A stretch of 64,000 nucleotides of DNA from Phormidesmis sp. (GTDB lineage: Bacteria; Cyanobacteriota; Cyanobacteriia; Leptolyngbyales; Leptolyngbyaceae). This document shows, in pieces, positions 21,401 through 33,724 of this stretch; positions within the stretch are counted from its first letter, which is position 1, and the number at the start of each line of letters is the position of its first letter. Location of the stretch: positions 1,600,001 through 1,664,000 of the forward strand of contig CBDFJR010000002.1 of assembly GCA_965248535.1 (NCBI GenBank). Reading direction: 5' to 3'. The notes below the pieces were generated by a model. The model was not told the origin of the DNA and ran no database searches. It was given only the letters and a program-made list of their open reading frames with translations. The translations under genes were made by a program, and so were the position numbers.

Positions 21401-23153
21401 GCTTGAGCATTTTTGCATACTCAGGCTTGGCTGCTAGCAGGTTTCCCCGCTCTCCAAGCTGCATGGTGAGAGACATCACCAGCTTTTCGCGCAGGGGGTC
21501 GATCGCCGGATTGGTGACTTGAGCAAAACGCTGCTTGAAATAGTCATAAAGCAGGTGCGGCTTTTCTGACAGCACCGCTAGCGGAATGTCGTCTCCCATG
21601 CAGAAGGTTGGCTCTTTGCCCTGAGCCGCCATCTCTTGAATGATCATTTCTACATCTTCTGCCGTGTAGCCAAACGCAGTCTGATAACCCAGCAGCGCTT
21701 GAGCCGTCATCACAGGTGCGTCAGCCGCAGGTTGGGTTTGCAGATCGCGACGATGGGTTTGCAGCCACTCTCCATAGGGATGGGCTGAGGCAACGCGCTG
21801 CTTGAGTTCCCAGTTTTTTAAGACTTCGTGAGTCTCTAAGTCAAAGGCGATCATCTGTCCGGGGCCAAGCCGACCTTTTTCGAGCACTTCTGACTCAGGA
21901 ATCTCGACAACTCCGGCTTCTGACGCGACTAGGATGTAGCCATCGCGAGTGATCGTGTAGCGAGCGGGACGCAGACCATTGCGATCGAGGGTTGCTCCGA
22001 CTCGTTTGCCATCACTAAACACCAGCAAAGCCGGGCCATCCCACGGCTCTTGAATGCCGCTGTAATACTCATAAAAATCAACGATTTCTGGATGGTCAAT
22101 CAGATCAGGCTGATTTTTATAGGCTTCTGGCACCATGATCATCAGCGCTTCCATCGGGCTGCGCCCAGAGCGCACCAGCAACTCCATGACGTTATCCAAA
22201 TTGGCTGAGTCACTGTTGTCAGAGTTGACGCTGGGCTTTAGCTCAGAGATGCGATCGCCCCAAGTGGCGTGAGTCATGTCAGCTTCTCGCGCTCTCATCC
22301 AGTTAACGTTGCCTAGAAGCGTGTTGATTTCGCCGTTGTGCCCCAATAATCGCATGGGCTGGGCGAGGGGCCATTTGGGCAAGGTGTTGGTGCTGAAGCG
22401 ACGGTGATAGACGGCAAAGGTGCTCTGGTAAGCAGCATTCTGTAAATCTTCGTAAAACTCGCCAAGAATCGCCGATCGCACCATGCCTTTATAGACGATC
22501 GTGCGATTTGAGAAGGAACACACATAGAATTCGGCAAGCGCTGGGTCGCCATTCTCAGACAGCGCTGTCAAAATCCGCTTGCGAACCAGATAAAGCCGCC
22601 GCTCTAAATCTTCATCTTGAAGCTGCTCTGAGTGGACTATTATCTGTTCAATTTGAGGCTGATTCTCTCGTGCCTGAATTCCCAATGAGCTTGGCTTGAC
22701 AGGAACCAACCGCCAACCTAAAACGGTCAGACCTTCTTCGACCAAGACCCGTTCTGAAATTTGTCGCGCTGTGGCAGCAGACTCAGCATTTTGGGGCAAA
22801 AAGATCATGCCCACGCCTGTCTGGGTCGTCTGTAGGGGTTGCAGCCCGTTCGACTCTGCCCACAGGTCAAAAATCTCCCAGGGGATCGCGGTCATCAACC
22901 CGGCTCCATCCCCAGAGTCTTGATCAGCGCTACAGCCTCCCCGATGCTCTAGACAAGTCAGTGCAGACAGCGCCTTCACCACCAGATCATGGCTTTTTCG
23001 GCCCTGCTGATCGGCGATAAACCCCACCCCACAGGCATCTCGTTCTTCTACGAGCCAAGGCTGACCTGCATATCCAGCATCCCCTTGAGGCGGCTGATTG
23101 TCTAAATTTTCACTGACGTTAATCATGGGATAGCTCATTTCGTTCACTGTCAA
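18477..23153 (-). CDS. glsF: Ferredoxin-dependent glutamate synthase (Fd-GOGAT)
   Basis: ERDACGVG processing site, [41 protein letters not shown] 3Fe-4S motif; no small subunit gene adjacent; true start may be ATG 23138 or 23126. Confidence 0.95.
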   Translation of the reverse strand: MTVNEMSYPMINVSENLDNQPPQGDAGYAGQPWLVEERDACGVGFIADQQGRKSHDLVVKALSALTCLEHRGGCSADQDSGDGAGLMTAIPWEIFDLWAESNGLQPLQTTQTGVGMIFLPQNAESAATARQISERVLVEEGLTVLGWRLVPVKPSSLGIQARENQPQIEQIIVHSEQLQDEDLERRLYLVRKRILTALSENGDPALAEFYVCSFSNRTIVYKGMVRSAILGEFYEDLQNAAYQSTFAVYHRRFSTNTLPKWPLAQPMRLLGHNGEINTLLGNVNWMRAREADMTHATWGDRISELKPSVNSDNSDSANLDNVMELLVRSGRSPMEALMIMVPEAYKNQPDLIDHPEIVDFYEYYSGIQEPWDGPALLVFSDGKRVGATLDRNGLRPARYTITRDGYILVASEAGVVEIPESEVLEKGRLGPGQMIAFDLETHEVLKNWELKQRVASAHPYGEWLQTHRRDLQTQPAADAPVMTAQALLGYQTAFGYTAEDVEMIIQEMAAQGKEPTFCMGDDIPLAVLSEKPHLLYDYFKQRFAQVTNPAIDPLREKLVMSLTMQLGERGNLLAAKPEYAKMLKLESPILDEGDLDQIQTFGFEATKLSTLFAIATGPEGLRRAVNELCQKATEAVRAGKKILILSDRLDSAGNFSNLSADHSYIPPLLAVGAVHHHLIRQGLRMKASLVVDTAQAWSTHHFACLIGYGASAVCPYLALETVRQWWGDSRTKSLMERGKIKSASLSAVQANFRKAIEDGLLKILSKMGISLLASYQGAQIFEAIGIGADLLNLGFYGTASRLGGLTVTELAQEVLSFHCRAFPELAGRKLENFGFVQYRPGGEYHMNSPEMAKHLHKAVATKSFDHYELYQKYLQNRPLTALRDLLDFKSDRPSVPLTDVEPVTEIVKRFCTGGMSLGALSREAHEVLAIAMNRIGGKSNSGEGGEDPVRFNILKDVDEAGLSPLLPHLKGLQNGDTVSSAIKQVASGRFGVTPEYLMSAKQIEIKIAQGAKPGEGGQLPGPKVSPYIAMLRRSKPGVTLISPPPHHDIYSIEDLSQLIFDLHQINPVAQVSVKLVAEVGIGTIAAGVAKANADIIQISGHDGGTGASPLSSIKHAGSPWELGLTEVHRVLMENQLRDRVLLRVDGGIKTGWDIIMAALMGGEEYGFGSIAMIAEGCIMARICHTNNCPVGVASQKEELRKRFPGTPEHVVNFFYFIAEEVRSLLARLGYRTLNDIIGRSDLLKVRESVQLTKTKSLNLDCLVRLPDTRENRDWLKHEPVHSNGVVLDDELLSDPDLQAAIQNQTHAAKTLKVVNTDRTVGARLAGAIAKRYGNTGFGGHITLNFGGSVGQSFGAFNLPGMTLHLTGEANDYVGKGMHGGEIAIRPTADITYDPALSVIIGNTCLYGATGGSLFANGQAGERFAVRNSQAQAVVEGVGDHCCEYMTGGTIVVLGRTGRNVGAGMTGGLAYFLDGDGSFQSKVNPEIVKVQRVTAPAGEQQLKELIEAHADRTNSPKAKAILANWSDYLPKFWQVVPPSEKDTPEANPDAEVKELSSVK

Positions 23154-23763
23154 CGAGAGTATGGGTCTGATAAAAGGGACTGCAAAGGGAGCGGGCTGTC
23201 TCTACCCGCTTTTGATGCTGCTCACCGATCGAGACATCTCACTAAAAACTTTATGAAGAAAGTGTGGAGATAACTGACATAGATCACACAATCGAGTAAA
23301 AATTTTCGCTAGTCAAGTCTGCTAACACACCGTCAGGCAAAAGCTCTGGAGAAAATTCTTGCCCTTCTTACGCAGAAAGTCATCAAGGCATCAAGATCTG
23401 ACCTGCCGCGATCGCATCTTCATTAAACTGAAATCTCTCAAAAGCTAGGGTGAGAAAACTGAAATCAGATTTTGCGGGCTGATAGATGAAGGAGTAAAGA
23501 TATTATAAAAAATTTGCTTCTCTGACAATCCCCATGCGCCCGTGTCACTAAATTTTCTGTCTCTGCTTAGGGCTGATGTCTCTATGCTACTAAGGTTTAT
23601 CTGATATTAGGGGTGTTTATAAACAGCGGCCGTCAGAAAGTCAGTGTTTCTTGATACAGCAACTTTTTAGAACCTAAATCCGCCGCTCCATAAAGCGCAT
23701 TGCCGCTATTTTTCAGCCTCGCTCAATTCTGTTCAAAACCTCGCTCAATGTGATTAAAAACTA

Positions 23764-25606
23764 GTGGTTAAGACTCAAACTTTTGGTTCATCTAGATCGT
23801 CAGCAACGCCTCTTTTGATCTGGCATCGCTTCCTCAAGACTTTTTTCGTGCCAGTGATCTCGACAGTGGGAATTGTGATTCCGGCGATCGCCGCCCCTCC
23901 ACCTCAGACACGCCTCAAGGTTGAACCGTCTCTTTCCCAAATTCCTGCTTCTCAGCAGGTTAGCCAAATTTCTCTCAACGGACGAGTCTTCACCCTCCCT
24001 TGGAGCCAATGGCAAACTGCGGGAGTCACTCACATCGGGTTAAGCGATGCGGCTCTCGTGCAGCTAGTTGGGGCGCAGTTGCTCAACACATCCACAGCGA
24101 CGAGCCAGCCGATCGACTGGTTTGCTACTCTGACTTCTCCCTTGCCGACTCGCCTAGTGGCTCCATTTCGCTATCTTGACATCACAACGCTCTGGCTCAA
24201 CAGTCGGGCTGGCAACTCAAACCAGACGGCAACACCCTGCAAATTTCGACCCCACCTGCAAAAATCTTGGGGCTTCGACAAGGGCAACAATCCTGATCAG
24301 AGAGCGGCTCGTGATTGATCTCGATCGTCCGACTCCCTACCAACTTGATCCCCAAAGTCAGGAACTGATCATCACGCTGGATGCTCAAGCTGATCCGTCT
24401 TTGCTCCAAAGCTTTAAAGCCAAGCCGGGAAAGCAGATTAAGTCGATTCAGCTAGAAGCGGGCAGCGATCGTACTACCATTCACGTCGGCATTCCGATCG
24501 GGCAGCGTCCTCAGATTTCAACGTTGTCTCACCCTGATCGCTTGGTTCTCGATATCCGTCCTGATTATTTAGTCGATCGCGATATTCTCTGGGCACCGGG
24601 GCTACGCTGGCGGCAACAATATCTGACAGTAGGAACGGCTCGATTTCCGGTCGTTTGGTTAGAGGCAAATCCTCGTCAGTCTGGGCTGCGGCTACGCCCG
24701 ATTCTTTCAAACCCGGCAGCCGTTCCGGGCGTGGCTCCTCTGACTCAAACGGCTCAACAAGCCCAAGCGATCGCTGCCATCAACGGCGGATTTTTTAATC
24801 GCACCAATCAATTGCCGCTCGGTGCCATTCGTCGAGGCGGTGAGTGGTTATCTAGCCCCATTCTCAACCGAGGCGTGTTTGTTTGGAACGATCGTGGAGA
24901 GGTCAGGGTCGATCGATTAACGCTGCAAGAAACCCTCAGTCCGTCGGTTGGGCAACGCCTAGCTCTCACCTCGTTAAACAGTGGTTATGCTCAAGCGGGA
25001 GTGGCCCGCTACACTCCGGCTTGGGGAGCAATCTACACCTCGCTATCTCAAGCCGAAGTCGTGCTCACCGTGCAGCACGATCGAGTCACTGAGCAAAAAA
25101 CGGGGGAAATGCCTGGAAGTATTTTCTCAATTCCTGCCGATGGCTATCTGCTGGTGGTTCGGTCTAACGCAGCGATCGCGGCTTCTCTCCCGATCGGCAC
25201 TTCGCTTCAGATTGACAGCACGACAGTCCCTGCCGATCTGAAAAATTACCCCAACATAATCGGGGCGGGACCCCTCTTAATACAAAACGGTCAAATTGTT
25301 CTGGATGCAAAATCAGAGCAGTTTAGTGATGCTTTTATTCGAGAAATGGCGGCTCGGAGCGCGATCGGGCAAACCCCAGACGGAACTATCTTGCTGGTGA
25401 CTGCTCACGATCGCATTGACGGGCTAGGAGCCACCCTGTCAGAAATGGCTCAGATCATGAATCAACTGGGAGCCATCAACGCTCTGAATTTAGATGGGGG
25501 CAGTTCGACCACACTCTATTTGGGAGGACAAATTCTCGATCGTCCCTCGCGTAGCTCTGCTCGCGTTCAGAACGGCATCGGTGTTTTTCTTCAGTCGCCT
25601 CCTTAA
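23764..25606 (+). pseudogene. Secreted phosphodiester glycosidase (NAGPA/DUF2233)-family gene disrupted by two frameshifts and a stop
   Basis: N-terminal ORF with signal peptide (23764-), third-frame segment LAQQSGWQLKPDGNTLQISTPPAKILGLRQGQQS* (24192-24296), C-terminal ORF with AINGGFF, GAGP, ARSAIG, NLDGGSST. Confidence 0.75.
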
Positions 25607-25966
25607 TCCTCCTTAATCAGAACTAGGGGGTGCGATCGCAAATCAAACCTTGTAGAGGCAATGACCAGAAACCGATGGAGTGTATAGTTCACCCTCCTCA
25701 AACCTTCAGGTGCCCAGGATTAGCATCAGGGCATAGCGTTGCTGTGCCTATCGAACTCTGCCGCTCACCGATCCGATTTAATTCACGTCACTTAGATGAA
25801 GAATCAGTGAAATTTCTCTAAATCATTCTCTTCTGGGTGGTGCCAATCAAAACTCTTTGTTAGCCTTGTCGGTTGTTGCACCATGCAAATTTTTAGAGAG
25901 AAATCTTAAGATCTCTCAACGTGCAGGCCGTCAAAGACTTATCAGTATGATAAAGGAGAGGAAACG

Positions 25967-26389
25967 GTGGCTCAACCCCAAGAAATGACTCAAGTTCCTA
26001 CATTCAGTCTATCAACAGCGCCGCTCAGAGGAGCCGCCGCAACCGAGCTTCGTCCCTGGGGTTCATTCACCACGCTTGAAGAAGGACGCGGCTATAAAAT
26101 TAAGCGCATTGACGTGAAACCCGGACACCGCCTCAGTCTTCAAATGCACCACCATCGCAGTGAGCATTGGATTGTGGTCTCAGGGACGGCTAGAGTTACC
26201 TGCGGTGAAGCAGAACTCATTCTCAGCAGCAATCAGTCAACCTATGTGCCTCAATGCACGTCTCATCGCCTAGAAAATCCTGGTGTGATTCCGCTCGTGC
26301 TGATCGAAGTTCAAAACGGCGAGTATCTGGGCGAAGACGATATTATTCGCTTTCAAGATGATTACTCTCGTGCTGGTTCTAACGGCTAA
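25967..26389 (+). CDS. Cupin, mannose-6-phosphate isomerase type II C-terminal domain
   Basis: RPWG, LSLQMHHHRSEHWIVV, HRLENPG, IEVQNGEYLGEDDIIRF. Confidence 0.93.
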   Translation: MAQPQEMTQVPTFSLSTAPLRGAAATELRPWGSFTTLEEGRGYKIKRIDVKPGHRLSLQMHHHRSEHWIVVSGTARVTCGEAELILSSNQSTYVPQCTSHRLENPGVIPLVLIEVQNGEYLGEDDIIRFQDDYSRAGSNG

Positions 26390-26422
26390 TCAATTAGTTT
26401 GAAAACTTAATATCTACGTTGG

Positions 26423-26456
26423 GTGGGGCTGTCCGTTCTTGGGCAGCCTCACTTTT
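26423..26456 (+). terminator. Rho-independent terminator
   Basis: GTGGGGCTGTCC...GGGCAGCCTCAC stem followed by TTTT. Confidence 0.7.
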
Positions 26457-26537
26457 ATTGATACGTCTAAATGCCACGAGTAGAGATTTGCACGGTAGGA
26501 TTGGCCACATCTTGTTAGCGCTGAACGCCCGATCGTC

Positions 26538-26879
26538 ATGATTCACCTAAGCCATTCTGCGGTTGAAGAAATTCTTCGCCTCAAGCTCAGACAGCACAAC
26601 TCAACCGTCTTTTTTCGCCTCAGCATTCAACCTGTGGGGTGTTTTGGGCGCTCTTATCTGACCCAATTTGATTCAATCTTGCAGCCAGAAGACCAGGTTT
26701 ATGACTGTAGCGGCATTCAAGTCGCGATCAACCCTAGCAGTCTGACTCATCTTCAAGGTTTGACGCTAGACTATTCAGAGGATCTCATGGGAGGAAGCTT
26801 CCGCTTTCACAACCCCAACGCTGTCAAAAGCTGTGACTGTGGAAACTCATTCTCGATCGCAGAGCCGTCTCTCATGTGA
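26538..26879 (+). CDS. HesB/IscA family Fe-S assembly accessory protein
   Basis: GC...Y, LDYSEDLMGGSFRFHNPNA, CDCGNSF. Confidence 0.9.
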   Translation: MIHLSHSAVEEILRLKLRQHNSTVFFRLSIQPVGCFGRSYLTQFDSILQPEDQVYDCSGIQVAINPSSLTHLQGLTLDYSEDLMGGSFRFHNPNAVKSCDCGNSFSIAEPSLM

Positions 26880-27007
26880 TGCCTGAGCACTATTTCTACC
26901 TTGCCCAACCGCAATGATAAAAAATTGTTTGACAGAGGCACTGCTAGATTGGTATGTTTAATATTTGTTGAAAGTTGGAACAGTCAAAAGACTGCACACG
27001 CTATAAA

Positions 27008-27388
27008 ATGCCCACAATCCAGCAACTCATTCGTGATGAGCGCAGCAAAGCGCAAAAGAAGACTAAATCTCCGGCTCTTAAGAGTTGCCCGCAGCGTCGT
27101 GGTGTCTGTACAAGAGTTTACACAACGACTCCTAAAAAACCAAACTCTGCTCTGCGCAAGGTCGCAAGGGTTCGCCTGACTTCCGGTTTTGAGGTCACGG
27201 CTTATATTCCTGGTATTGGTCACAACCTCCAAGAGCACTCGGTTGTAATGATTCGTGGCGGTCGGGTCAAAGACCTTCCTGGAGTTCGTTACCATATTAT
27301 TCGTGGAACTCTTGATACCGCAGGAGTCAAAGACCGCAAGCAAGGACGCTCTAAATACGGTGCAAAGCGTCCCAAGAAAGCTTCATAA
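27008..27388 (+). CDS. rpsL: 30S ribosomal protein S12
   Basis: MPTIQQLIR start at 27008; [22 protein letters not shown]. Confidence 0.99.
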   Translation: MPTIQQLIRDERSKAQKKTKSPALKSCPQRRGVCTRVYTTTPKKPNSALRKVARVRLTSGFEVTAYIPGIGHNLQEHSVVMIRGGRVKDLPGVRYHIIRGTLDTAGVKDRKQGRSKYGAKRPKKAS

Positions 27389-27627
27389 GACCCGTTAGAT
27401 AATCAAGCGTTTGCTTGAAGTTCTCACAGTTTTCTGCCTGGTTGCGTGCGTCGTCTTAATTTAGCTAACTCCACTGGTTAGGAGTCATCGTTTAGAAAAT
27501 GACTTTGAAGAGAGTTCTTTGATGCAACTTTCTCAGGGTATTTGAGCGCTGACTTCTATCTGTTTCTGTTACCCTAAAAAGGTTGCAACCCAAAGTAAAT
27601 CCTTGATTTTTTTCTAGAAGGCTCATT

Positions 27628-28098
27628 ATGTCTCGTCGCGTTGTCGTCAAAAAGCGTCCAGTTCCCCCCGACCCAGTTCATAACTCTCGTCTCGTCAGCA
27701 TGATGATGCGTAGAATCATGAGAAGCGGCAAGAAGTCTTTGGCTTCTCGCATTATTTATGATGCCTTTGAAACCATCAAAGAACGGACGGGGACTGAAGC
27801 CCTTGAAGTTTTTGAGCGGGCAGTTCGGAACGCAACGCCTTTGGTAGAAGTCAAAGCGCGCCGAGTTGGTGGTGCCACCTATCAAGTGCCGATGGAAGTG
27901 CGGCCCGATCGTGGAATTGCCCTTGCCCTACGATGGTTGATCCAATTCTCGCGTCAGCGCCCTGGCCGAACGATGTCGGCCAGACTTGCCAATGAACTGA
28001 TGGATGCTGCTAATGAAACGGGCAGTGCGATCCGCAAGCGAGAGGAAACTCATCGGATGGCAGAAGCTAACAAGGCGTTCGCGCACTATCGCTATTAA
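27628..28098 (+). CDS. rpsG: 30S ribosomal protein S7
   Basis: [27 protein letters not shown]. Confidence 0.99.
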   Translation: MSRRVVVKKRPVPPDPVHNSRLVSMMMRRIMRSGKKSLASRIIYDAFETIKERTGTEALEVFERAVRNATPLVEVKARRVGGATYQVPMEVRPDRGIALALRWLIQFSRQRPGRTMSARLANELMDAANETGSAIRKREETHRMAEANKAFAHYRY

Positions 28099-28170
28099 AA
28101 AGTATAAAATCTTAATAGAAGCGATCGTGCTTTTCAACCCATTCATGCGGCAGAGACTAAGGAGGTAGCT

Positions 28171-30261
28171 GTGGCTCGTACAACTCCGCTCGAACGAGTG
28201 CGCAATATTGGAATTGCAGCCCACATCGACGCGGGCAAAACGACGACCACCGAGCGGATTTTGTTCTACTCAGGGGTTGTCCACAAGATCGGCGAGGTTC
28301 ATGAAGGAACTGCAACAACCGACTGGATGGAGCAAGAGCGTGAGCGCGGCATCACCATCACTGCCGCTGCTATCAGCACCAGTTGGAAAGGCTACCAGGT
28401 CAATATCATTGACACACCGGGTCACGTAGATTTCACGATCGAGGTCGAGCGCTCAATGCGAGTCCTAGACGGTGTAATTGCGGTATTTTGCTCGGTGGGC
28501 GGTGTGCAACCTCAGTCTGAAACCGTATGGAAGCAAGCCAATCGCTATAATGTCCCTCGAATCGTCTTTGTCAATAAGATGGATCGGACGGGCGCAAACT
28601 TCTACAAGGTCTATGAGCAGGTTCGCGATCGTCTCCGTGCCAACGCAGTGCCAATTCAGATTCCGATCGGGGCTGAAGACAAGCTCAGAGGCATTGTAGA
28701 TCTAGTGAAAATGCGGGCCTATATCTACAACAACGACGCGGGCACAGACATTGAAGAAGTAGATATTCCTGAAGATGTCCTCGATCTTGCTAACGAGTAT
28801 CGCACCAAGCTAATCGAGTCAGTAGCAGAAACCAGTGATGCTCTGATGGAGAAATATTTTGCTGGCGAAGAGCTAACGGAAGAAGAGATCAAACGAGCGA
28901 TTCGCAAAGGCACGATCGAAGGAGTCAACGGTGAATTCTTTGTACCAATGCTCTGCGGTTCGGCTTTCAAAAACAAGGGCGTTCAGCTAATGCTGGATGC
29001 AGTGATTGACTATCTTCCCTCCCCGCTTGATGTTCCTCCGGTTCAAGGGCTGTTGGCTGATGGCACTACGGTTGAGCGAAGAGCCGATGACAGCTTGCCA
29101 ATGTCTGCTTTGGCCTTCAAAGTGATGTCTGACAAGTTTGTCGGTCGCCTAACCTTTGTCCGCGTCTACTCTGGCGTGCTCAAGAAGGGGAGCTATGTCT
29201 TAAACTCTTCCAAGGGCAAGAAAGAACGAGTTTCTCGTTTGATTATCCTCAAAGCCGACGATCGCATTGATGTCGATGAACTGCGTGCGGGTGACTTAGG
29301 GGCGGTTCCTGGTTTGTCAGACACCTTAACCGGAGATACACTCTGTGACGAGAATGCCCCTGTGATTCTGGAAACGTTGTTCATTCCAGAGCCAGTGATT
29401 TCTGTAGCCGTTGAGCCTAAGACCAAACAGGACATGGAGAAACTCTCCAAGGCGCTGAAGGCTCTGTCGGAAGAAGACCCCACCTTCCGAGTCAACATTG
29501 ACCAAGAAACTAACCAGACGATCATCGCGGGCATGGGTGAGCTTCATTTGGAGATTTTGGTCGATCGCATGATGCGTGAATTCAAGGTCGAGGCAAACGT
29601 AGGAGCGCCCCAAGTCGCCTACCGTGAAACCATCCGCAAGGCGGTGAAAGCGGAAGGAAGATTCGTTCGTCAAAGTGGTGGTAAAGGTCAGTATGGCCAC
29701 GTCGTCATCACGGTAGAACCTGGCGAGCCAGGAACCGGGTTTGAGTTCGTCTCGAAGATCGTCGGGGGCACTGTTCCTAAGGAATATGTCGGCCCCGCCG
29801 AGCAAGGGATGAAGGAAGCCTGTGAGTCTGGCATCCTGGCTGGCTACCCTCTGATTGACGTAAGAGCGACCCTCATTGATGGGTCTTACCATGAAGTTGA
29901 CTCCAATGAGATGGCATTTAAGATTGCAGGCTCAATGGCGATCAAAGATGGGGTCATGAAAGCTTCGCCCGTCCTTCTAGAGCCAGTCATGAAGGTCGAA
30001 GTTGAAGTCCCTGAAGATTTCCTCGGCCCCGTGATGGGCAATCTGATTTCTCGCAGGGGTCAGATTGAATCTCAAGGGGTTGAGCGAGGAATTGCGAAGG
30101 TTGAAACCAAAGTCCCCTTGGCTGAGATGTTCGGTTATGCCACCGATATTCGGTCTATGACTCAGGGGCGAGGTACGTTTACAATGGAGTTTAGCCATTA
30201 TGAAGAAGTGCCTCGTAACGTGGCTGAAACCATCATCGCAAAGAACAAAGGGAACGCATAA
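28171..30261 (+). CDS. fusA: Elongation factor G
   Basis: [41 protein letters not shown]; position in the str operon. Confidence 0.99.
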   Translation: MARTTPLERVRNIGIAAHIDAGKTTTTERILFYSGVVHKIGEVHEGTATTDWMEQERERGITITAAAISTSWKGYQVNIIDTPGHVDFTIEVERSMRVLDGVIAVFCSVGGVQPQSETVWKQANRYNVPRIVFVNKMDRTGANFYKVYEQVRDRLRANAVPIQIPIGAEDKLRGIVDLVKMRAYIYNNDAGTDIEEVDIPEDVLDLANEYRTKLIESVAETSDALMEKYFAGEELTEEEIKRAIRKGTIEGVNGEFFVPMLCGSAFKNKGVQLMLDAVIDYLPSPLDVPPVQGLLADGTTVERRADDSLPMSALAFKVMSDKFVGRLTFVRVYSGVLKKGSYVLNSSKGKKERVSRLIILKADDRIDVDELRAGDLGAVPGLSDTLTGDTLCDENAPVILETLFIPEPVISVAVEPKTKQDMEKLSKALKALSEEDPTFRVNIDQETNQTIIAGMGELHLEILVDRMMREFKVEANVGAPQVAYRETIRKAVKAEGRFVRQSGGKGQYGHVVITVEPGEPGTGFEFVSKIVGGTVPKEYVGPAEQGMKEACESGILAGYPLIDVRATLIDGSYHEVDSNEMAFKIAGSMAIKDGVMKASPVLLEPVMKVEVEVPEDFLGPVMGNLISRRGQIESQGVERGIAKVETKVPLAEMFGYATDIRSMTQGRGTFTMEFSHYEEVPRNVAETIIAKNKGNA

Positions 30262-30283
30262 TCAGAAAGAGGAACAATAACAC

Positions 30284-31513
30284 ATGGCACGCGCAAAGTT
30301 TGAACGGACAAAGCCTCACGTCAACATTGGCACGGTTGGTCACGTTGACCACGGCAAAACTACGTTGACGGCTGCAATCACAATGACGCTATCGGCGTTA
30401 GGTCAAGCAACTGGCAAAAAGTACGACGAGATCGATGCTGCTCCTGAAGAAAAGGCGAGAGGGATTACGATCAATACCGCTCACGTCGAATATGAGACAG
30501 CTGAACGTCACTACGCTCACGTAGACTGTCCGGGTCACGCTGACTATGTGAAAAACATGATCACGGGTGCAGCCCAGATGGACGGAGGCATTCTTGTGGT
30601 GTCTGCGGCTGATGGCCCAATGCCCCAGACCCGCGAGCACATCCTGTTGGCAAAGCAGGTGGGCGTTCCTCATCTCGTGGTTTTCTTAAACAAGAAAGAC
30701 ATGGTAGATGATGAAGAACTACTAGAACTTGTGGAGTTAGAGGTGCGTGAGCTTCTCAGTTCCTACGATTTTCCAGGGGATGATATTCCGATCGTGACGG
30801 GTTCTGCCCTGCAAGCGTTGGAATTCATGGCTGCAAACCCAAAGGCAAAGCGTGGCGACAACGAATGGGTCGATGCCATCTACAAGCTGATGGATGAGGT
30901 GGACTCCTACATCCCAACCCCTGAGCGGGAAGTAGACAAACCCTTCTTGATGGCTGTGGAGGATGTATTCTCCATCACGGGTCGCGGCACCGTCGCCACT
31001 GGACGGATCGAGCGCGGCACGGTCAAGGTGCAAGATGAAGTCGAGCTAGTCGGCATCAGAAACACCCAGAAGACGACTGTGACTGGAATCGAGATGTTTA
31101 AGAAGAGTCTTGAGCAGGGGCTGGCTGGAGACAACGCAGGCATCCTGCTGCGGGGTCTCAAGAAGGAAGACATTGAGCGCGGGATGGTCATCGCCAAACC
31201 CGGCTCGATCACGCCTCACACTCTGTTTGAGTCTGAAGTGTACATCCTCAAAAAAGAAGAGGGGGGTCGTCACACGCCTTTCTTCCCTGGCTACCGTCCT
31301 CAGTTTTACGTGCGTACGACTGATGTAACGGGTACCATCAGCAACTTCACCTCCGACGATGGCAGTGAAGCTGAGATGGTCATGCCGGGCGATCGCATTA
31401 AAATGACCGTTGAACTGATCAACCCGATCGCCATTGAGCAGGGAATGCGTTTTGCAATCCGTGAAGGTGGTCGAACGGTAGGTGCAGGGGTCGTTGCGAA
31501 GATCCTCAAGTAG
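30284..31513 (+). CDS. tuf: Elongation factor Tu
   Basis: [35 protein letters not shown]. Confidence 0.99.
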   Translation: MARAKFERTKPHVNIGTVGHVDHGKTTLTAAITMTLSALGQATGKKYDEIDAAPEEKARGITINTAHVEYETAERHYAHVDCPGHADYVKNMITGAAQMDGGILVVSAADGPMPQTREHILLAKQVGVPHLVVFLNKKDMVDDEELLELVELEVRELLSSYDFPGDDIPIVTGSALQALEFMAANPKAKRGDNEWVDAIYKLMDEVDSYIPTPEREVDKPFLMAVEDVFSITGRGTVATGRIERGTVKVQDEVELVGIRNTQKTTVTGIEMFKKSLEQGLAGDNAGILLRGLKKEDIERGMVIAKPGSITPHTLFESEVYILKKEEGGRHTPFFPGYRPQFYVRTTDVTGTISNFTSDDGSEAEMVMPGDRIKMTVELINPIAIEQGMRFAIREGGRTVGAGVVAKILK

Positions 31514-31533
31514 TTCTAACGAACTGTAGGCAG

Positions 31534-31570
31534 CTATCAGCAGTCAGCTAACCAGTGAGACTGCTGATAG
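31534..31570 (+). other. Intergenic stem-loop between tuf and rpsJ (mRNA stabiliser or partial terminator)
   Basis: CTATCAGCAGTC...GACTGCTGATAG perfect 12-bp inverted repeat. Confidence 0.65.
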
Positions 31571-31619
31571 TTCCGATTTTTGACTTTATTCAGAACCTAG
31601 ACAATTTAAAGAACTACTC

Positions 31620-31937
31620 ATGGCAACGATTCAGCAGCAAAAAATTCGGATTCGTCTAAAGGCATTCGATCGCCGTCTTCTAGACACCTCCTGCGAGAAG
31701 ATTGTAGACACCGCCAATCGCACGAACGCTACAGCAGTTGGCCCAATTCCCCTTCCCACCCGTCGGCGCATCTATTGTTTGTTGCGTTCACCTCACGTTG
31801 ACAAAGATGCTCGTGAGCACTTTGAGACCCGCACCCACCACCGCATCATTGATATCTATCAGCCGTCTTCTAAAACGATCGATGCTTTAATGAAGCTTGA
31901 TCTGCCAGCAGGCGTTGATATTGAAGTGAAGCTATAA
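31620..31937 (+). CDS. rpsJ: 30S ribosomal protein S10
   Basis: [24 protein letters not shown]. Confidence 0.99.
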   Translation: MATIQQQKIRIRLKAFDRRLLDTSCEKIVDTANRTNATAVGPIPLPTRRRIYCLLRSPHVDKDAREHFETRTHHRIIDIYQPSSKTIDALMKLDLPAGVDIEVKL

Positions 31938-31969
31938 CCTCACGGTTCCGTTAAAAATCCGAATTGACT

Positions 31970-32002
31970 AGCAGGGATGATCCAGTGATCTCCCTGCTTT
32001 TT
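31970..32002 (+). terminator. Rho-independent terminator of the str operon
   Basis: AGCAGGGA...TCCCTGCT stem followed by TTTT. Confidence 0.8.
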
Positions 32003-32099
32003 GATTAGATAAAGTTCATCTGAAACCATGTCTCTGCATCGATCCCTGCCTCTAGATGGGCTAGAGTAAAGGGAGGAGCAGTCTTTCAGTTGACGAATA

Positions 32100-32750
32100 A
32101 TGGCAACTTCATCGATCGCAGTTCGAGAACTTCCTCTTTTTCCCTTACCTGAGGTCGTTTTATTTCCAGGTAGGCCTTTGCCTTTGCACATTTTTGAATT
32201 TCGCTATCGAATGATGATGAACACGATCCTCGAAAGCGATCGCCGATTTGGAGTGTTGATGTGGGATCAAGTGCAAGGCAAGCCTGCGTTGGTCGGGTGT
32301 TGTGCAGAAATTGTTCAGTTTCATCGATTACCCGACGATCGCATGAAGGTTTGGACGCTAGGGCAACAGCGGTTTAGGGTTTTAGAATATGTCCGAGAAA
32401 AGCCCTACCGAGTCGGCTTAGTAGAATGGATTGAGGATCATCCTCCCTCTCAGGATTTGAGGCCGCTTTCTAATAATGTGAGTCAGCTATTGCAAGACGT
32501 GGTTCGGTTATCTGCCAAGCTGACGGGGCAGGAGATTGAGCTTCCTGAAACGATTCCAGATTTGCCAACCGAGTTGTCTTACTGGGTTGCCAGCAATCTC
32601 TATGGAGTGGCAGACGAACAGCAGTCACTGTTAGAGATGCAGGACACCGCAGCCCGCCTCGATCGTGAAGCCGAAATCTTAACCTCGACCCGCAACCATT
32701 TAGCCGCCCGCACCGTTCTCAAAGACACCCTTGGAGAGACTTCTGACTAA
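32100..32750 (+). CDS. LON peptidase N-terminal substrate-binding domain protein (standalone)
   Basis: ELPLFPLPEVVLFPG..LPLHIFEFRYR, G.QRFRV. Confidence 0.92.
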   Translation: MATSSIAVRELPLFPLPEVVLFPGRPLPLHIFEFRYRMMMNTILESDRRFGVLMWDQVQGKPALVGCCAEIVQFHRLPDDRMKVWTLGQQRFRVLEYVREKPYRVGLVEWIEDHPPSQDLRPLSNNVSQLLQDVVRLSAKLTGQEIELPETIPDLPTELSYWVASNLYGVADEQQSLLEMQDTAARLDREAEILTSTRNHLAARTVLKDTLGETSD

Positions 32751-32763
32751 GATTCTGGCTGCG

Positions 32764-33603
32764 TCAGATTGACGAAACGTTATAACTTCCAAATATCTTG
32801 AGGGTTTCAGTGTGGTCAGCTAACTCTGCTAGGGCTGACTGCATTGAGTCTGCTCTGGCATCGGCTTCTAAATCGATGAAGAAGAGATATTCTCCTAGAG
32901 AGCGCTTAGTCGGACGTGACTCAATGCGGCTTAGGTTGATCGAGCGCTTTGCAAAGATTTGTAACGGGGTGACTAAAGCGCCTGGTTGGTTTGCTCCGAC
33001 GCTAAAGGCTAGCGAGGTGAACGTGCCGCCTGGTGAGGGATTTAGGCTTAACAACAAAAAACGAGTGCAGTTGTCAGGATAATCATTGATGGGACAAGCC
33101 AAAATCGGCAAGTGGTGCAGTTGAGCCGCCCGCTGGGAGGAAATAGCCGCGATCGTCGAATCTCCATCTAAATATTGAAGCGCCTCAGTTGTAGAGTTGA
33201 GGGCGATCGATTCGGCTTTAGGCAAAAACTTGTCTAACCATTTCTGGCACTGGGCCAGCGCTTGAGGGTGAGAATAAACGACTCGAATTGCTTCCCAATC
33301 TTTGGCATGAGAGAGCAGGGCGTGAGAGATTGGCATAACGAATGCACGCTGAATTCTCAAGGTGTCTAGCTGCCAAAGATTATCTAGCGTCATGGTGACA
33401 CTGCCTTCGATCGAGTTTTCCATCGGCACTACAGCCATTTGAGCGTCTTGTGAAGCCACGGCAGCTAAAGTTTGACCAATGCTGGGGTAGGGATAGAGCA
33501 TCGCCTCTTGTCCAGTTTCTTGCTTTAGCCACTCTAAGGATGAGATCGCTGCCGCTTCGGTATAGGTGCCGGGAGGCCCAAGGTGCGCGATCGAGACTGC
33601 CAT
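32764..33603 (-). CDS. pheA: Prephenate dehydratase
   Basis: LGPPGTYTE, PMENSIEGSV, SHPQALAQC, NCTRF, ACT domain SRIESRP. Confidence 0.96.
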   Translation of the reverse strand: MAVSIAHLGPPGTYTEAAAISSLEWLKQETGQEAMLYPYPSIGQTLAAVASQDAQMAVVPMENSIEGSVTMTLDNLWQLDTLRIQRAFVMPISHALLSHAKDWEAIRVVYSHPQALAQCQKWLDKFLPKAESIALNSTTEALQYLDGDSTIAAISSQRAAQLHHLPILACPINDYPDNCTRFLLLSLNPSPGGTFTSLAFSVGANQPGALVTPLQIFAKRSINLSRIESRPTKRSLGEYLFFIDLEADARADSMQSALAELADHTETLKIFGSYNVSSI

Positions 33604-33724
33604 CTCACTACTCTTTTTCTAAACGATTTTTTAATATTCCGATAGGGCTACTTCAATTTATGAGAAGCTAGTTAGAATTACTTAACGATTGCCTCTCATC
33701 CATTAAACCCCTACATCATTATCA

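Noticed and set aside
23644..23657. GTG-N8-TAC near-NtcA site between glsF and the NAGPA-like gene
   Set aside because: Mismatch in the conserved GTA half and no supporting promoter spacing
27574..31509. Many antisense or overlapping ORFs across rpsG, fusA and tuf (similarly in glsF, rne and murE)
   Set aside because: Shadow ORFs from codon bias of highly conserved genes; no recognisable motifs
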